From: Corallococcus exercitus
GTDB lineage: Bacteria; Myxococcota; Myxococcia; Myxococcales; Myxococcaceae
NCBI RefSeq assembly: GCF_042231735.1
Contig: NZ_CP102577.1
Location: forward strand, 2,975,281-3,039,280
Reading direction: 5' to 3'
DNA: 64,000 nucleotides
In this document: one piece after another, positions 46,835 to 57,168 of the stretch
How positions within the stretch are numbered: the stretch's first letter is position 1
How the letters are laid out: the number at the start of each line of letters is the position of its first letter
Position numbers and translations under genes: made by a program
Notes under the pieces: model-generated
The model's input: the letters and a program-made list of their open reading frames with translations, nothing else
Told to the model about the DNA's origin: nothing
Databases searched by the model: none

Positions 46835-47422
46835 TCAGCCGTGGAGCGTCTCCCCGGCCTCCAGCATGGCGATGAACTTCTCCAGCCGCCGCGCCCGCGT
46901 CTCCGGCTTCTTCGCGTCGTGGAGCCGGTAGAGGATGGCGTAGCGGTTGGCGCTCTTGAGCGTGGAGAAGAACGCCTGCGCCTTCGGGTTCTTCGAAAGC
47001 GCGAGCGTCAGGTCCTCCGGCACCTCGATGGTCTTCGACCCCGCGTACGCGGCCTCCCAGCGGCCATCCGCGCGCGCGGCCTCCACCTCGCGCAGGCCCG
47101 CGGGCTTCATGCGTCCGGAGGCGACCAGGGCCTCCACCTTGCCGCAGTTGATCTTCGACCACTTGCTGCGCGGCTTGCGCGGCGTGAAGCGCTGGAGCCA
47201 GTACTCCGCGTCGAACGCGTCCTTCTGCCCGTCAATCCAGCCGTAGCAGAGCGCCACCTCCAGCGCCTGCGGATACGTCACGGACGGGATGCCGGACTCC
47301 AGCTTCGCGAGCTTCACCCAGACGCCCGGCGAGTCGGCGTGGTGCTTCTCCAGCCACTTCTCCCACGCCTTCTCGGACGCGAACGGCACGACCGGGAGCT
47401 CCTGCTTCGCGTTCGACTTCAT
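46835..47422 (-). CDS. YdeI/OmpD-associated family protein (DUF1801-like)
   Basis: ...WEKWLEKHHADSPGVWVK...YPQALEVALCYGWIDGQK...RKPRSKWSKIN... is the family pattern. Confidence 0.75.
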   Translation of the reverse strand: MKSNAKQELPVVPFASEKAWEKWLEKHHADSPGVWVKLAKLESGIPSVTYPQALEVALCYGWIDGQKDAFDAEYWLQRFTPRKPRSKWSKINCGKVEALVASGRMKPAGLREVEAARADGRWEAAYAGSKTIEVPEDLTLALSKNPKAQAFFSTLKSANRYAILYRLHDAKKPETRARRLEKFIAMLEAGETLHG

Positions 47423-47516
47423 CCGAGGGCCACGCCTTTCCTAGCCCCGCGCCTTCCGCGCCGGGTTCATGACACTCCCACTCTACCGGCGGAAGGCGGC
47501 GGGCGCGGAAGCGGTT

Positions 47517-48275
47517 ATGAAACACGCCATGGCTGATTCCACCACCTCTCCGCCGCCCGGCGCCGTGCCGCCCTCGCTCGCCCGCGTGGCCTTCCACGCC
47601 GTGGCCGCCGGGCTCACCCCGCTCATCCCCGTGCCCTTCCTGGACGACTACGCCCTGCGCCAGGTGCGCGAGCAGTCCGTGCGCGACCAGCTCAAGGAGC
47701 GGGGCCTGAAGGCACCGGACAAGGCCGTGGCGGTGCTCGCGGGCTCGTACGACGCGCGCAGCCTGGGCGGCCGGCTGGTGTCCTATCTCAAGGCCGTGGC
47801 CCTCTTCCCGGTGCGCAAGGTGTTCCGCAAGGTCTTCTTCATCCTCTGGGTGAAGGACTGCGTGGACCTGACGAGCGTGTGCCTGCACCACGGCTACCTG
47901 CTGCACCACGCGCTCCAGCGCGGTGACCTGGACGCGGAATCGCTCCAGGGGGACGCGCCCCAGAAGGTGCAGGCCGCCATCGTCGCCGCGTGCGCGGAGA
48001 TGGATGCCCGCCCCATCAACCAGGCCCTGCGCCGCCTCTTCCGGAGCAGCCGCGTGCTGATGGCCGAGGCCACCCGCGCCTTCCTCAACCCCCAGGGCGG
48101 CCCCCGCGTGCCCGACCCGAAGGGCGAGAGCGCGGAGGTGAAGTCCCTCACCGACCGGCTCCTCCAGGAGCTGTGGGAGGAGCGCGGCTACTTCACCGCG
48201 CTGGAGGCCCACTACGACAAGCACCTGAAGAGCGGCCTTGCGCCCTCGGAGCCCCGGGCCGCGACGGGCACCTGA
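47517..48275 (+). CDS. Hypothetical protein
   Basis: ATG at MKHAMADST. Helical. No domain recognised. Confidence 0.5.
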   Translation: MKHAMADSTTSPPPGAVPPSLARVAFHAVAAGLTPLIPVPFLDDYALRQVREQSVRDQLKERGLKAPDKAVAVLAGSYDARSLGGRLVSYLKAVALFPVRKVFRKVFFILWVKDCVDLTSVCLHHGYLLHHALQRGDLDAESLQGDAPQKVQAAIVAACAEMDARPINQALRRLFRSSRVLMAEATRAFLNPQGGPRVPDPKGESAEVKSLTDRLLQELWEERGYFTALEAHYDKHLKSGLAPSEPRAATGT

Positions 48276-48284
48276 GGCCGGCCG

Positions 48285-49292
48285 TCACGGCGCGGGCGCG
48301 GTGGCGGTCTCCAGCGGCGCGCGGATCCGGGCGGAGAAGTCGTCCCGCCCCTGCGCGGCCAGGGCGCGCGCGTTGATGTGATAGCGCTGGCGGACCTGCG
48401 CCAGGGGCACGTCCGTGTCGATGATGCCCAGCTCGTACGCGAGCTCGTCCGCGAACGCGGGCAGCAGCGTGCGGTGGTCGTACGGCACGTCCTTCGTGGC
48501 CACCGTCTCGAAGTGGCGCACCAGGTTGGTGGTGCAGTTGCTGGTGAGCGTGTCGTAGAACTCCGGCTGCGTGTGCAGCCCGTTCATCCGCTGCACCATG
48601 TCCATGAAGAACGCGGTGATGCGCTCCCTGGATGCGTTCACCGGATACACATACACGTCGTCGTGGCGGAAGTTGGACCGCAGCTGCACCAGATCCCGCT
48701 CGTCGCCCACGACGTAGGCGATCTCGAAGCGGCGGAAGAGCCCGCCCAGCGCGGAGAACATCTCACCCTGCTCCCGCCGCACCTCCACGGAGAACACCAC
48801 GCGGCGGCCGTCCTGGAAGCCGAAGCTCACCATCGTGTGCGCGGCGCCGTAGACCCCGGAGAAGGGCTCCACGATGAAGGACGCCTCCGTGAGCGCGTCC
48901 GTGTCGTAGGTGGCCGTGTACCAGGCGGGGTCCCAGTCCGTGGTGCTGCGGTAGCGGAAGTCGCGCACCTCGTGCAGCGTCACCTTCGAGCCCGCCACCT
49001 CCGCCCACGGCGCCCGCGCCAGGTCCGGCGCCCAGTCCCGCGTGTTGGAGGGCTGGAACGTCCGCACCCAGCCCTGGACGGACAGGCACCCCAGCAGCAT
49101 CACCGCCACGCCCCAGCGCCGGGAGCGCCACCGCCAGGCCGCCACCGCCAGGGCCACCAGGGCCCCCGCCACGAGGGTCCGGGCCACGTGCGGCCCCTCC
49201 GGCCCCGTCCCCGTCAGGGCCAGGGCCAGCGAGGCCCAGACGCCCCCCACAAGGAGCACGAGCCCCGACACGGCGTTCTTCCAGATGCGCAT
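48285..49292 (-). CDS. DUF4105-like membrane-anchored protein
   Basis: Two N-terminal TM segments, then WAPDLARAPWAEVAGSKVTLHEVRDFRYRS...VVGDERDLVQLR, typical of the DUF4105 family. Confidence 0.65.
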   Translation of the reverse strand: MRIWKNAVSGLVLLVGGVWASLALALTGTGPEGPHVARTLVAGALVALAVAAWRWRSRRWGVAVMLLGCLSVQGWVRTFQPSNTRDWAPDLARAPWAEVAGSKVTLHEVRDFRYRSTTDWDPAWYTATYDTDALTEASFIVEPFSGVYGAAHTMVSFGFQDGRRVVFSVEVRREQGEMFSALGGLFRRFEIAYVVGDERDLVQLRSNFRHDDVYVYPVNASRERITAFFMDMVQRMNGLHTQPEFYDTLTSNCTTNLVRHFETVATKDVPYDHRTLLPAFADELAYELGIIDTDVPLAQVRQRYHINARALAAQGRDDFSARIRAPLETATAPAP

Positions 49293-49485
49293 GCGCCCGA
49301 GTATCCGTGCCCCATGCCGCTCGTGTCACGAAGGCGGATTCCGGGTGCAACCCCCGCGGGCGGGCGGGCGCGGCGGATCCGCCCTCCCAGGAAGGCCCGG
49401 GGGCTGTCGCGCCCACCTACCTTGACCGCTTTTCCCCGGGTGTGCGACGAAAGGGGGTCCCCTGCTTTCCAGGAGCCCACCCCCG

Positions 49486-49713
49486 ATGAGCGACGAGCGC
49501 GAAGACACGACCCTCTACAAGGTCGTCGTGAACCACGAAGAGCAGTACTCCATCTGGCCCGCGGACCGTGAGAACGCGCTGGGCTGGAAGGACGCCGGCA
49601 AGCAGGGCCAGAAGGCCGAGTGCCTGGAGTACATCAAGGAGGTCTGGACGGACATGCGTCCCCTGAGCCTCCGCAAGAAGATGGAAGAGGACGCGGCCCG
49701 CAACAAGAACTGA
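49486..49713 (+). CDS. MbtH-like protein
   Basis: [52 protein letters not shown] carries the invariant MbtH Trp/Pro/Ser pattern. Confidence 0.85.
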   Translation: MSDEREDTTLYKVVVNHEEQYSIWPADRENALGWKDAGKQGQKAECLEYIKEVWTDMRPLSLRKKMEEDAARNKN

Positions 49714-49774
49714 GGGCCGCGCGCGCTTCCCACCGCGCCCTCCCCGCTTCAACGGGGAGGGTGGGCCGGACCGG

Positions 49775-50461
49775 CTAGAGGTCCGGCGGAGGCCTGACGC
49801 CCAGGTGGCAGGCGCGCAGGGCGAGCTGGGTGCGGTTCTCCGCGCCCAGCTTGCGGTAGAGCTGCGTGACGTGTGACTTCACGGTGCGCTCGGCGATTTG
49901 GAGATGCGCGGCGATCTTCAGGTTGTCCGCCCCGCCCGCCACGTACTGGAGCACCTCGCGCTCCCGCTGCGTGAGCAGCAGGAGCACGCTCGCCGTGGGT
50001 GACGTCACCGGCGGATGCTCGAAGTCGTTGCGCAACAGCTGCACCGGGAAGAGGCGCTCGCCCCGCACCAGTGACTGGACCGCGGAGGACACCGCGTTCA
50101 CGCCCAGCCCCGCGCGGAAGAGGTAGCCCGAGGCTCCCTCGTCGAAGCACTGGGAGATGACCTCCGGCGTGCTCACCGCGGACAAGAGCAGCATGCGCAC
50201 TTCCAGCCGGCGCTTGCGGGCCTCGCGCAGCAGGTTGAGCCCCTCCGTCACGGAGCATCCGATGGCGGCCTCGCCGTCGCTCTCCACGTCGAGGATGGCC
50301 ACCTGCGGTGGATCCGTGCCGAGTCCGTCCAGGAAGCCGCGCACGTCGCGCGTCACCGAAGTGGAATGACCCTCACCCCGAAGCCCATCGGACAAGCCCT
50401 GCCAGGCCGCCCATGGTCCTTCGAGAATCGAAATACGAACTGCCGATTGATTCGCTGCCAT
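49775..50461 (-). CDS. LuxR/FixJ-family response regulator (receiver-like plus LuxR HTH)
   Basis: C-terminal LTQREREVLQYVAGGADNLKIAAHLQIAERTVKSHVTQLYRKLGAENRTQL (LuxR HTH). The N-terminal receiver-like domain has ILDVESDGE. Confidence 0.75.
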   Translation of the reverse strand: MAANQSAVRISILEGPWAAWQGLSDGLRGEGHSTSVTRDVRGFLDGLGTDPPQVAILDVESDGEAAIGCSVTEGLNLLREARKRRLEVRMLLLSAVSTPEVISQCFDEGASGYLFRAGLGVNAVSSAVQSLVRGERLFPVQLLRNDFEHPPVTSPTASVLLLLTQREREVLQYVAGGADNLKIAAHLQIAERTVKSHVTQLYRKLGAENRTQLALRACHLGVRPPPDL

Positions 50462-50942
50462 GCGATGGCCCCCCAGCCGTCGTGGCGAATTGCTTTCAAT
50501 GCTACCTGTCGACTTCAACCTGCCCCGGAGTCGGTGGAACCGCGGCGGAACTTCCGCCAGTGCTGAGCGTGCGAGAACCGCGCTTCAACTCCATCCGGGG
50601 GTCTTGTCAGTGCTGCCCTGCGGACTGCGCTTGCGACTGCCGAACTGGCCCATCCGGGCCGTTCCTCCTTTTCCGGTTCAGGCAATTCCAGCCAACCGAG
50701 ACCCTAACATCATCCACGGCCTGTTGCGAACCGCCCCTGTCGGGACTGTCAATTGCGCACGAATCGTATCGAAATCCAGGGCCTCGTCCGTCAGGTCGTG
50801 ATCGCTGTCGGCCGCGGGACACGCGTCCGGCGTCCACATTTCGATGTTTCGCCTGCTGTTTCTCCCGGTGTCCACGCATGGCGCCAATGCACGGGGATGG
50901 CGCGTCCTGGACGCCAAGGGCGTATGCTGTGCGTCCCGCGCG

Positions 50943-51723
50943 CATGACTCCCTCCGCCCCCGCACCCCACGTCGACGTCGCGACCCCTGAACGCGTCGCG
51001 CTCTCCCTGCCCGTGGCCGGCATCGGCTACCGCTGTCTCGCGTGGCTGGTGGACGCGAGCCTGCTGTTCTTCGTCTGGGTGGCGCTCTACTTCGTCATCA
51101 CGCTGCTGGTGTCCGACGTGCTGGGCGCCTTCCAGGCGCTGTCGGGGCTCACGCAGACACTGCTCGCGGTGGGCCTCTTCGCCACGCAATGGCTGTACTG
51201 GACGCTGGCGGAGGTCTTCTTCCATGGACAGACACCCGGCAAGCGCGCGCTGCGCATCCGGGTGGTGCGCGAGGATGGCTCGCCGGTGGGCTTCTTCGAA
51301 AGCGCGGTGAGAAACCTCTGCCGCGCGGTGGACTTCCTGCCGGTGCTCTACGCCACCGGCTGCATCACCATGCTGCTGGACTCGCGGCACCGGCGGCTGG
51401 GGGACCTGCTCGCCGGCACCGTGCTGGTGCGCGAGGAGGCCATCGACCTGGACAAGTACACGCAGGCGCCCACGACGGATTCGACACCCGCGTCCACGCC
51501 CGGCGCCGGCATGCAGCGGCCCCTGGACGCGGAGGACGTGGAGCTGGTGCTGGCGTTCCTCGCGCGCGCGCCCGGCCTGGAGCCGGAGGTGCGGCAGCGG
51601 CTGGGCACGCGGCTGGTGGACCGCGTGGGCGCGGCCCTGACGGACGAGGAGCGCGCGCGGGTGCTCCAGTCCCCGGAGGCCACGGAGGCCTTCCTGCGCA
51701 CGCGCGCGAAGGCGGTCCACTGA
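50943..51723 (+). CDS. RDD-family membrane protein
   Basis: GYRCLAWLVDASLLFFVWVALYF...HGQTPGKRALRIRVV...SRHRRLGDLLAGTVLV is the RDD motif arrangement. Confidence 0.7.
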
Positions 51724-51724
51724 C

Positions 51725-52735
51725 ATGGCCGTGCCGCTGCCCACGTTCGTCACGCGGCGCCGCCCGGACTGGGACGCGCTCCAGGCGCTGCTCACGCGCC
51801 AGCGCGCGGGCCGCCTGGGGCTGACGGAGCTGCGCACGCTGGACACGCTGTACCGGCGCGCGGCCGCGGACCTGGCGCAAGCCCAGACGTTCTATCCGGG
51901 CACGGACGCGCACCGCTTCCTCAACCAGCTGTGCGCGCAGGCGTATGGCGCCATCTACCAGCCCCCGCGCGAGCGCTGGGCCTCCACGCGCGACTTCTTC
52001 CGCCGCGACTTCCCCGCCACGCTGCGCCGCGAGGCGCGCTTCGTGGCCGTGAGCGCGGGCCTGCTGGTGCTGGGCCTGCTGCTGGGCGCGCTGGTGGTGA
52101 CGCTGGAGCCGCGCGGCGCGGAGCTGCTGGTGCCGGAGGGCGTGCGGCGCTACGTGGCGCAGGGGCGCATGTGGACGGACGACCTGTTGTCCGTGGCGCC
52201 GCCCAATGCCGTGGCCTCCGGCATCGCGACCAACAACCTCACCGTCACGCTGTTCGCGTTCGCGTCCGGCATCCTGCTGGGCGTGGGGCCCATCTTCACG
52301 CTCGTGAACAACGGCGTGCTCATTGGCGCGGTGGGCGCGCTGTGCTTCCGCGAGGGCATGACGGCGGGCTTCCTGGACTTCATCGCCGCGCACGGGCCGG
52401 TGGAGCTGTCCATCATCGTCATCGCGGGCGGCGCGGGGCTGATGGTGGGCCAGGCGCTCATCGACCCCGGCGAGCTGCCGCGCGCGCAGGCGCTCCAGGC
52501 GCGCGGACGTGAAGCCGTGAAGCTGGTGGTGGGCTGCGCGCCCTTCCTCGCCGGCATCGGCGTGGTGGAGGGCTTCATCTCCCCGGGCCACCTGTTCCCC
52601 ACCTGGGCCAAGGTGGGGCTGGGCCTGTCATTGGGAGCGCTGTTCTGGCTCTACCTGTTGCGCGCGGGCAGGACGGACGCGGGCGTGGCGCGCGTGGACG
52701 TACCGGACGCCATGGCCTCCAGCCGCTTGCGCTGA
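51725..52735 (+). CDS. SpoIIM-like / DUF95 polytopic membrane protein
   Basis: TNNLTVTLFAFASGILLGVGPIFTLVNNGVLIGAV...HGPVELSIIVIAGGAGL has the stage II sporulation protein M-like topology. Confidence 0.65.
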   Translation: MAVPLPTFVTRRRPDWDALQALLTRQRAGRLGLTELRTLDTLYRRAAADLAQAQTFYPGTDAHRFLNQLCAQAYGAIYQPPRERWASTRDFFRRDFPATLRREARFVAVSAGLLVLGLLLGALVVTLEPRGAELLVPEGVRRYVAQGRMWTDDLLSVAPPNAVASGIATNNLTVTLFAFASGILLGVGPIFTLVNNGVLIGAVGALCFREGMTAGFLDFIAAHGPVELSIIVIAGGAGLMVGQALIDPGELPRAQALQARGREAVKLVVGCAPFLAGIGVVEGFISPGHLFPTWAKVGLGLSLGALFWLYLLRAGRTDAGVARVDVPDAMASSRLR

Positions 52736-53166
52736 CGGTGCTTGAGGATGCGCTCGTAGGCGGCGTTGAGCTCGCGCATCTGCTCCGCGGAGCCGCCCCG
52801 GTCCGGGTGCCGCTCCATGGCCAGCGCGTGGAAGCGCGCGCGGATGACGTCCGGCGGATCCAACGGCGACACGCCCATCGTCTGGTACGGGCACTGCTCC
52901 TGGACCGCGGTGAGCCACTGGTCCAACCGGGCCTTCACCTCCACGAAGCGCGCGTCCGCGTCCGCGGTGTCCTTCACCGGGTGCGTGCGCATCTTCGCGT
53001 CCGCGCGGAAGACCTCGCTGTAGGTGCTGGACACCCAGCGGTGGCATGAACCGCACCGGTAGTACTTCACCCGGCTCCCGGGCTGGAGTGTCATCATCAC
53101 GCCGCAGTGGGTGCACTCCACCGTGACGTTCTCCAGTGTCTGCCAGCTCGCGACCGCCGCACCCAT
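52651..53166 (-). CDS. J-domain (DnaJ-like) protein with an N-terminal zinc-ribbon
   Basis: CTHCGVMM...YRCGSCHRW (CxxC...CxxC), then a J domain with HPDRGG and the ELNAAYERIL helix. Confidence 0.7.
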   Translation of the reverse strand: MGAAVASWQTLENVTVECTHCGVMMTLQPGSRVKYYRCGSCHRWVSSTYSEVFRADAKMRTHPVKDTADADARFVEVKARLDQWLTAVQEQCPYQTMGVSPLDPPDVIRARFHALAMERHPDRGGSAEQMRELNAAYERILKHRQRKRLEAMASGTSTRATPASVLPARNR

Positions 53167-53312
53167 GGTGACTTCGACCTCCGTTCGCAACACGCCTGTA
53201 GCAGCGGCAACCTCCCACGTCCGGCGATCCCGTCAAGAAAATGTCGTGAACGACCCAGGGGGCGTCCCCGGCGCGCTGCCGGGCTTCCCGGGTTTCGGGT
53301 AGAACGGGCCCC

Positions 53313-53879
53313 ATGCGACCGCTCCTCGCCGCCGCCCTGCTCCTGACCGCCGCCGCGCACGCCCAGGCCCCGTCGGCCCCGGCCGCCGCGCCCAAGGCCG
53401 CCCCGAAGCCCGAGAAGGCCCTCCCGGACAGGGCCGCCCCCGTCCGGCCCCCGGAGGACGCCAGCACGTCGGACGCGGCCCTCCTGAAGGGCCTCTTGTG
53501 GGCGGCGGAGCCCGCGCCGGAGGAGATCCGCGCGCTCGCCATCGAGGACCTGGCCCTGCTGGGCGACGCGCGCGCCCTGGACCCGCTGGCCGCGTTCATC
53601 TGGGACCCGAACCCGCGCCTCCAACAGGCGGCGCTGCGCGCGGTGGCCCTCTTCCAGCACCGCCGCGCGGAGGAGATCCTGGGCAACGTCGTGCGCCACC
53701 CGCGCCTGCCGGACGCGCTGAAGATCCAGGCCCTGGGCGGTCTGCTCTACCAGCGCACGCCCACCGCGCGCCGCGTGGTGCAGGACGTGGCCGCCGACAG
53801 CCGCGTGGGCTACGCGGTGCAGAACGCCGCGCGCTCGGTGGCGTCGCAGTGGGAAGCCGCCGCGGCCCCCGCGCCCTGA
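53313..53879 (+). CDS. Secreted HEAT-repeat protein
   Basis: Signal peptide (LLAAALLLTAAAHAQA), Ala/Pro/Lys linker, then HEAT-like LxxLxxDPNPRLQQAALRAVAL repeats. Confidence 0.6.
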   Translation: MRPLLAAALLLTAAAHAQAPSAPAAAPKAAPKPEKALPDRAAPVRPPEDASTSDAALLKGLLWAAEPAPEEIRALAIEDLALLGDARALDPLAAFIWDPNPRLQQAALRAVALFQHRRAEEILGNVVRHPRLPDALKIQALGGLLYQRTPTARRVVQDVAADSRVGYAVQNAARSVASQWEAAAAPAP

Positions 53880-53989
53880 AGCACGCCTGCCCGCCTGCCC
53901 TCCTTCCAGGCATGACGGTGCGTGGGGCCCGCGCGGGCCCCGGGCCGATTCCTGGAGTGCGCGCGTGTATGGGTTAGACTGGGGCGCAT

Positions 53990-54515
53990 GAAGATCACCC
54001 CCCTCGACATCCGGCAGAAGCGCTTCGAGACGGTGATGCGCGGCTTCGCGCGTCCCGAAGTGGGCGCGTACCTGGAGCTGATCGCCGGCGAGTTCGAGGA
54101 GGTGGTGAAGGAGAACATCGCGCTCAAGGAGGAGCTGAAGCGCACGCAGGCGCGCCTTGAGCAGCATCAGGAGCGCGAGCGCACCCTCCAGGAGACGATG
54201 GTCACCGCCCAGCGCATCAGCGAGGACCTGAAGGACGCCGCGAAGAAGGAAGCGGAGATCATCATCGCGGACGCGGAGCACCAGGCGGAGAAGATCGTCC
54301 ACGGCGCGCACCAGCGGCTGGTGCAGGTGGTGGAGGACATCAACGAGCTCAAGCGCCAGCGCACCCAGTTCGAGTCGCAGGTGCGCTCCGTGGTGGAGGC
54401 CCACCGCAAGCTCTTGGAGACGTTCGCCGCGCCCACCTTCGCGGACCGCGACTACGCGCGCGTGGAGGACAACGTCGCGTTCCTGTCGCAGAAGAAGGCC
54501 ACCTCCAACGACTAG
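53990..54515 (+). CDS. DivIVA-domain protein
   Basis: MKITPLDIRQKRFETVMRGFARPEVGAYLE plus a long coiled coil matches the canonical DivIVA N-terminus. Confidence 0.85.
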
Positions 54516-54525
54516 CGTCGCGCGC

Positions 54526-54825
54526 ATGCCCGCCCCCTGGCTCAAGGCCGTCCCCGCCGGGGTGGAGCTGACGGTGCTCGTGCAGCCGCGCGCGTCCCGC
54601 ACGAAGGTGGTGGGCGAGCATGACGGCCAGCTGAAGATCCAGCTCGCCGCGCCGCCCGTGGATGGCGAAGCGAATGCGGCCCTGGTGGAATTCATCGCCA
54701 AAACGCTGGGCGTGCCGCGTCGCCAGGTGACCCTGGTGTCGGGTGACACGTCGCGCCGTAAGCGATTGAAGGTGCAGGGGGTTGATGCGGCGGCGGTCGA
54801 GGCTGTTATCTCTGGTGGACCGTGA
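54526..54825 (+). CDS. DUF167 (YggU) family protein
   Basis: VQPRASRTKVVGEHDGQLKIQLAAPPVDGEANAALVEFIAKTLGV matches the YggU pattern. Confidence 0.85.
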   Translation: MPAPWLKAVPAGVELTVLVQPRASRTKVVGEHDGQLKIQLAAPPVDGEANAALVEFIAKTLGVPRRQVTLVSGDTSRRKRLKVQGVDAAAVEAVISGGP

Positions 54826-56114
54826 GGCCACGCATGCTCCGCCTGTTCGCCTTCCTGATGATGCTGCTGGCCTCGCCGGGCGTGTTCGCGCAGGTCGAGG
54901 GTCCTCGAGGCATCCACGCCACGGAGGCCGTCGTCACCGACCGCGCGCTCGTGCCCCACGCCCGCCCCACCATCGTCGCGGGCGAGCTGAAGACGCAGCG
55001 CTTCGTCATCCTGCACACCGCGAAGGCGGCGGGCGCGGCGCGGGCGCTGGCCGGGCAGATTGAAGGCGTGCGGGATGCCTTCGGCGCGATGCTGGGCCGC
55101 GACTGGCCGGGCACCACTGAAATCCGCCTGGGCGTGGGCCGTGAGGAGTTCGAGGCGCTGGCGCTCCCCGGCGGCAAGCCCCCGGGCTGGGCGGTGGCGC
55201 TCGCGTACCCCGGGCATCAAATCATCCTGCTGGACGCGCTGAGCCTGAGCGACACGGAAGGCCCCACGACGCTGCGGCATGAGCTGGCGCACGTGGCGCT
55301 GGGGCAGCTGGCGAAGGACTGGCCGCGCTGGTTCCAGGAGGGCGTGGCGCAGAACCTCACCGACGAGCGCTACTCCGTCGCCCACTACACCGCCCTCTTC
55401 CGCGCGGTGACGCAGGAGCGCGTCTTCCACTTCGAGGACCTGTCCGAGGACTGGCCGGACGTGCCCGCGGACGTGGAGATCGCCTACGCGCAGAGCGCCG
55501 CCTTCGTGGCGTACCTCACCGGCAAGCACGGCGCGCACGCCATGGGCCTGCTGGTGGACGGCGTGCGCGCGGGAGAGCCCTTCGAGCAGGCCTTCGGCAA
55601 GGCGTTCCGGACGTCGCTGCTCCTGGAGGAGCAGGACTGGCGCGAGGGGCTCGCGGCCCGGTACGGCTGGCTGCCGCTCACCACCAGCTCCGCGCTGCTG
55701 TGGCTCACCGCCTCCATCCTGTGCGTGGCCGCGTTCGCGCGCCGCATGCACCAGAAGTCCGCGCGCATGACGGAGCTGGCCGCGGAGGACGCCGCCGAGG
55801 ACGCCGCGCTGCGCCTGCTCGCCGCCGCCCGCGCGGCGGGGCCCGTGCCCGTGGACGGCGCCGAGCCGCTGTCCCCCGCCCTGCCCTGGCCGGAGTGGCC
55901 CGGCGCCACCACGCCCACCCCGCCCAATCCGTCCGCGCCCGCGCGGCCGGAGGCCCTGGAGGGCGCGCCGGAGGCGCTGGAGTCGGGCGCGGGCCTCCCG
56001 GAAGCCCCGGAGGGCACGGACGCGGCGGACGAGGAGCCGGAGTCCTCCAGCGGCGAGTACGAGCTGGACGGCGAGGCCCCGTCAGGCCGCCCGCCCAAGC
56101 CGACGCTCCACTGA
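54822..56114 (+). CDS. Putative secreted HExxH metallopeptidase-like protein with a C-terminal TM helix and acidic Pro-rich tail
   Basis: Signal peptide (LFAFLMMLLASPGVFAQ), HELAHVALGQ, and a later TM helix (LLWLTASILCVAAFA). Confidence 0.55.
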   Translation: MRPRMLRLFAFLMMLLASPGVFAQVEGPRGIHATEAVVTDRALVPHARPTIVAGELKTQRFVILHTAKAAGAARALAGQIEGVRDAFGAMLGRDWPGTTEIRLGVGREEFEALALPGGKPPGWAVALAYPGHQIILLDALSLSDTEGPTTLRHELAHVALGQLAKDWPRWFQEGVAQNLTDERYSVAHYTALFRAVTQERVFHFEDLSEDWPDVPADVEIAYAQSAAFVAYLTGKHGAHAMGLLVDGVRAGEPFEQAFGKAFRTSLLLEEQDWREGLAARYGWLPLTTSSALLWLTASILCVAAFARRMHQKSARMTELAAEDAAEDAALRLLAAARAAGPVPVDGAEPLSPALPWPEWPGATTPTPPNPSAPARPEALEGAPEALESGAGLPEAPEGTDAADEEPESSSGEYELDGEAPSGRPPKPTLH

Positions 56115-56227
56115 GAGGCGGGACGTTCCCAGGCAGGGAAGGTTCTTCCCCTGCCCCCAGCCTTTCAACATCCGCCCCGTAGGAATTACGCCCTCCGCCC
56201 TCCCTTCAGGGCTGGCCCCTTGCCCAA

Positions 56228-56839
56228 GTGGGCGGATTCATTGGGAACTGGCACACGTCTGGCGTTGGCAAAGCCCTTGCTATGTCTTTGCTCGCGATGC
56301 GGACGACAACGGACATGGCGGCGGAGCGGGGACGGAAGAAGGCCGGGGCGGCCCGGGTCTTCAGCAGGCAGCCGGAGCGCATCGCGGCGCTGTGGCGGCG
56401 GATGCGGCTGGCGGCGCACGAGGGCCAGGGCGTTCCGGGCCCCAGCCTGCTGGACGGACTGGTGGAGCCCTTCGTCCGGGAGCTGGGGCTGACGCTGGAG
56501 GGCGTGGAGTCCAGCCCCTGGAGCCGCACCCGCGCGGTGCTGCGCCTGGCGCCGGAGCGTGGCGCGCGGGCCCTGCACGACGAGTTCGCACTGCTGCGGC
56601 GGTGCCTGGTGGACGCCCTGGAGGTCCTGGGCGGTGGGGACGCGGAGCGCCAGCGCATCAACCGCGCGCTCGACGAGGCCGTGGACAGCGCGGTGGCGCT
56701 GCTCCAGCGGATGGCGGACCCGAAGGCGGATGGTCCCCGGGTGCCGTTTGGCGGCCTGGTGGTGGAGTACTTCGAGCGGCCGTCCCACGCGCGCAAGGCC
56801 CCCGTGGGCCGTCGCGACGAGCGGTCCGCCATGCATTGA
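56228..56839 (+). CDS. Hypothetical protein
   Basis: ORF with coding-like GC3. No domain recognised. Start uncertain. Confidence 0.4.
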   Translation: MGGFIGNWHTSGVGKALAMSLLAMRTTTDMAAERGRKKAGAARVFSRQPERIAALWRRMRLAAHEGQGVPGPSLLDGLVEPFVRELGLTLEGVESSPWSRTRAVLRLAPERGARALHDEFALLRRCLVDALEVLGGGDAERQRINRALDEAVDSAVALLQRMADPKADGPRVPFGGLVVEYFERPSHARKAPVGRRDERSAMH

Positions 56840-57168
56840 GAGGGATTGAACGGCGCGCGGTGGGCGCCAGGGTTTTGTCGTAAGGGTTTGCCGATCCGTC
56901 CGGCTTGACACTCCTCACTGAGGAAGGGTCCGGGGGCTGGCGGGAGGGTGCGCTGTCGCGGATGGGGGTCCGTGATGTGCGCCTTGAGGGTGCGAGTTCC
57001 CGCTCGGGGGAGCGGTGAGCCGCACACGGTCGAACGCCGGAACGCGTGGATGGGGGTCCGCGCGCTCCGCCGGTCGGACGGATCGGCATGTTTTGTCGGG
57101 GGGATGTGGGGATGGGGCAGCGGGAGGGCGCCTACGGGGGTGGGCGCTCTCCCGCATTTTTTTGCGCC

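Noticed and set aside
53097-55751. 884-aa minus-strand ORF across the HEAT, DivIVA, YggU and HExxH genes
   Set aside because: Overlaps four motif-supported plus-strand genes. Its composition is artefactual.
57100-57168. T7 run (CCGCATTTTTTTGCGCC) near the polA 3' end as an intrinsic terminator
   Set aside because: polA is on the minus strand, so the run reads as poly-A on its transcript. The flanking stem is only 5 bp. It is not a convincing rho-independent terminator.
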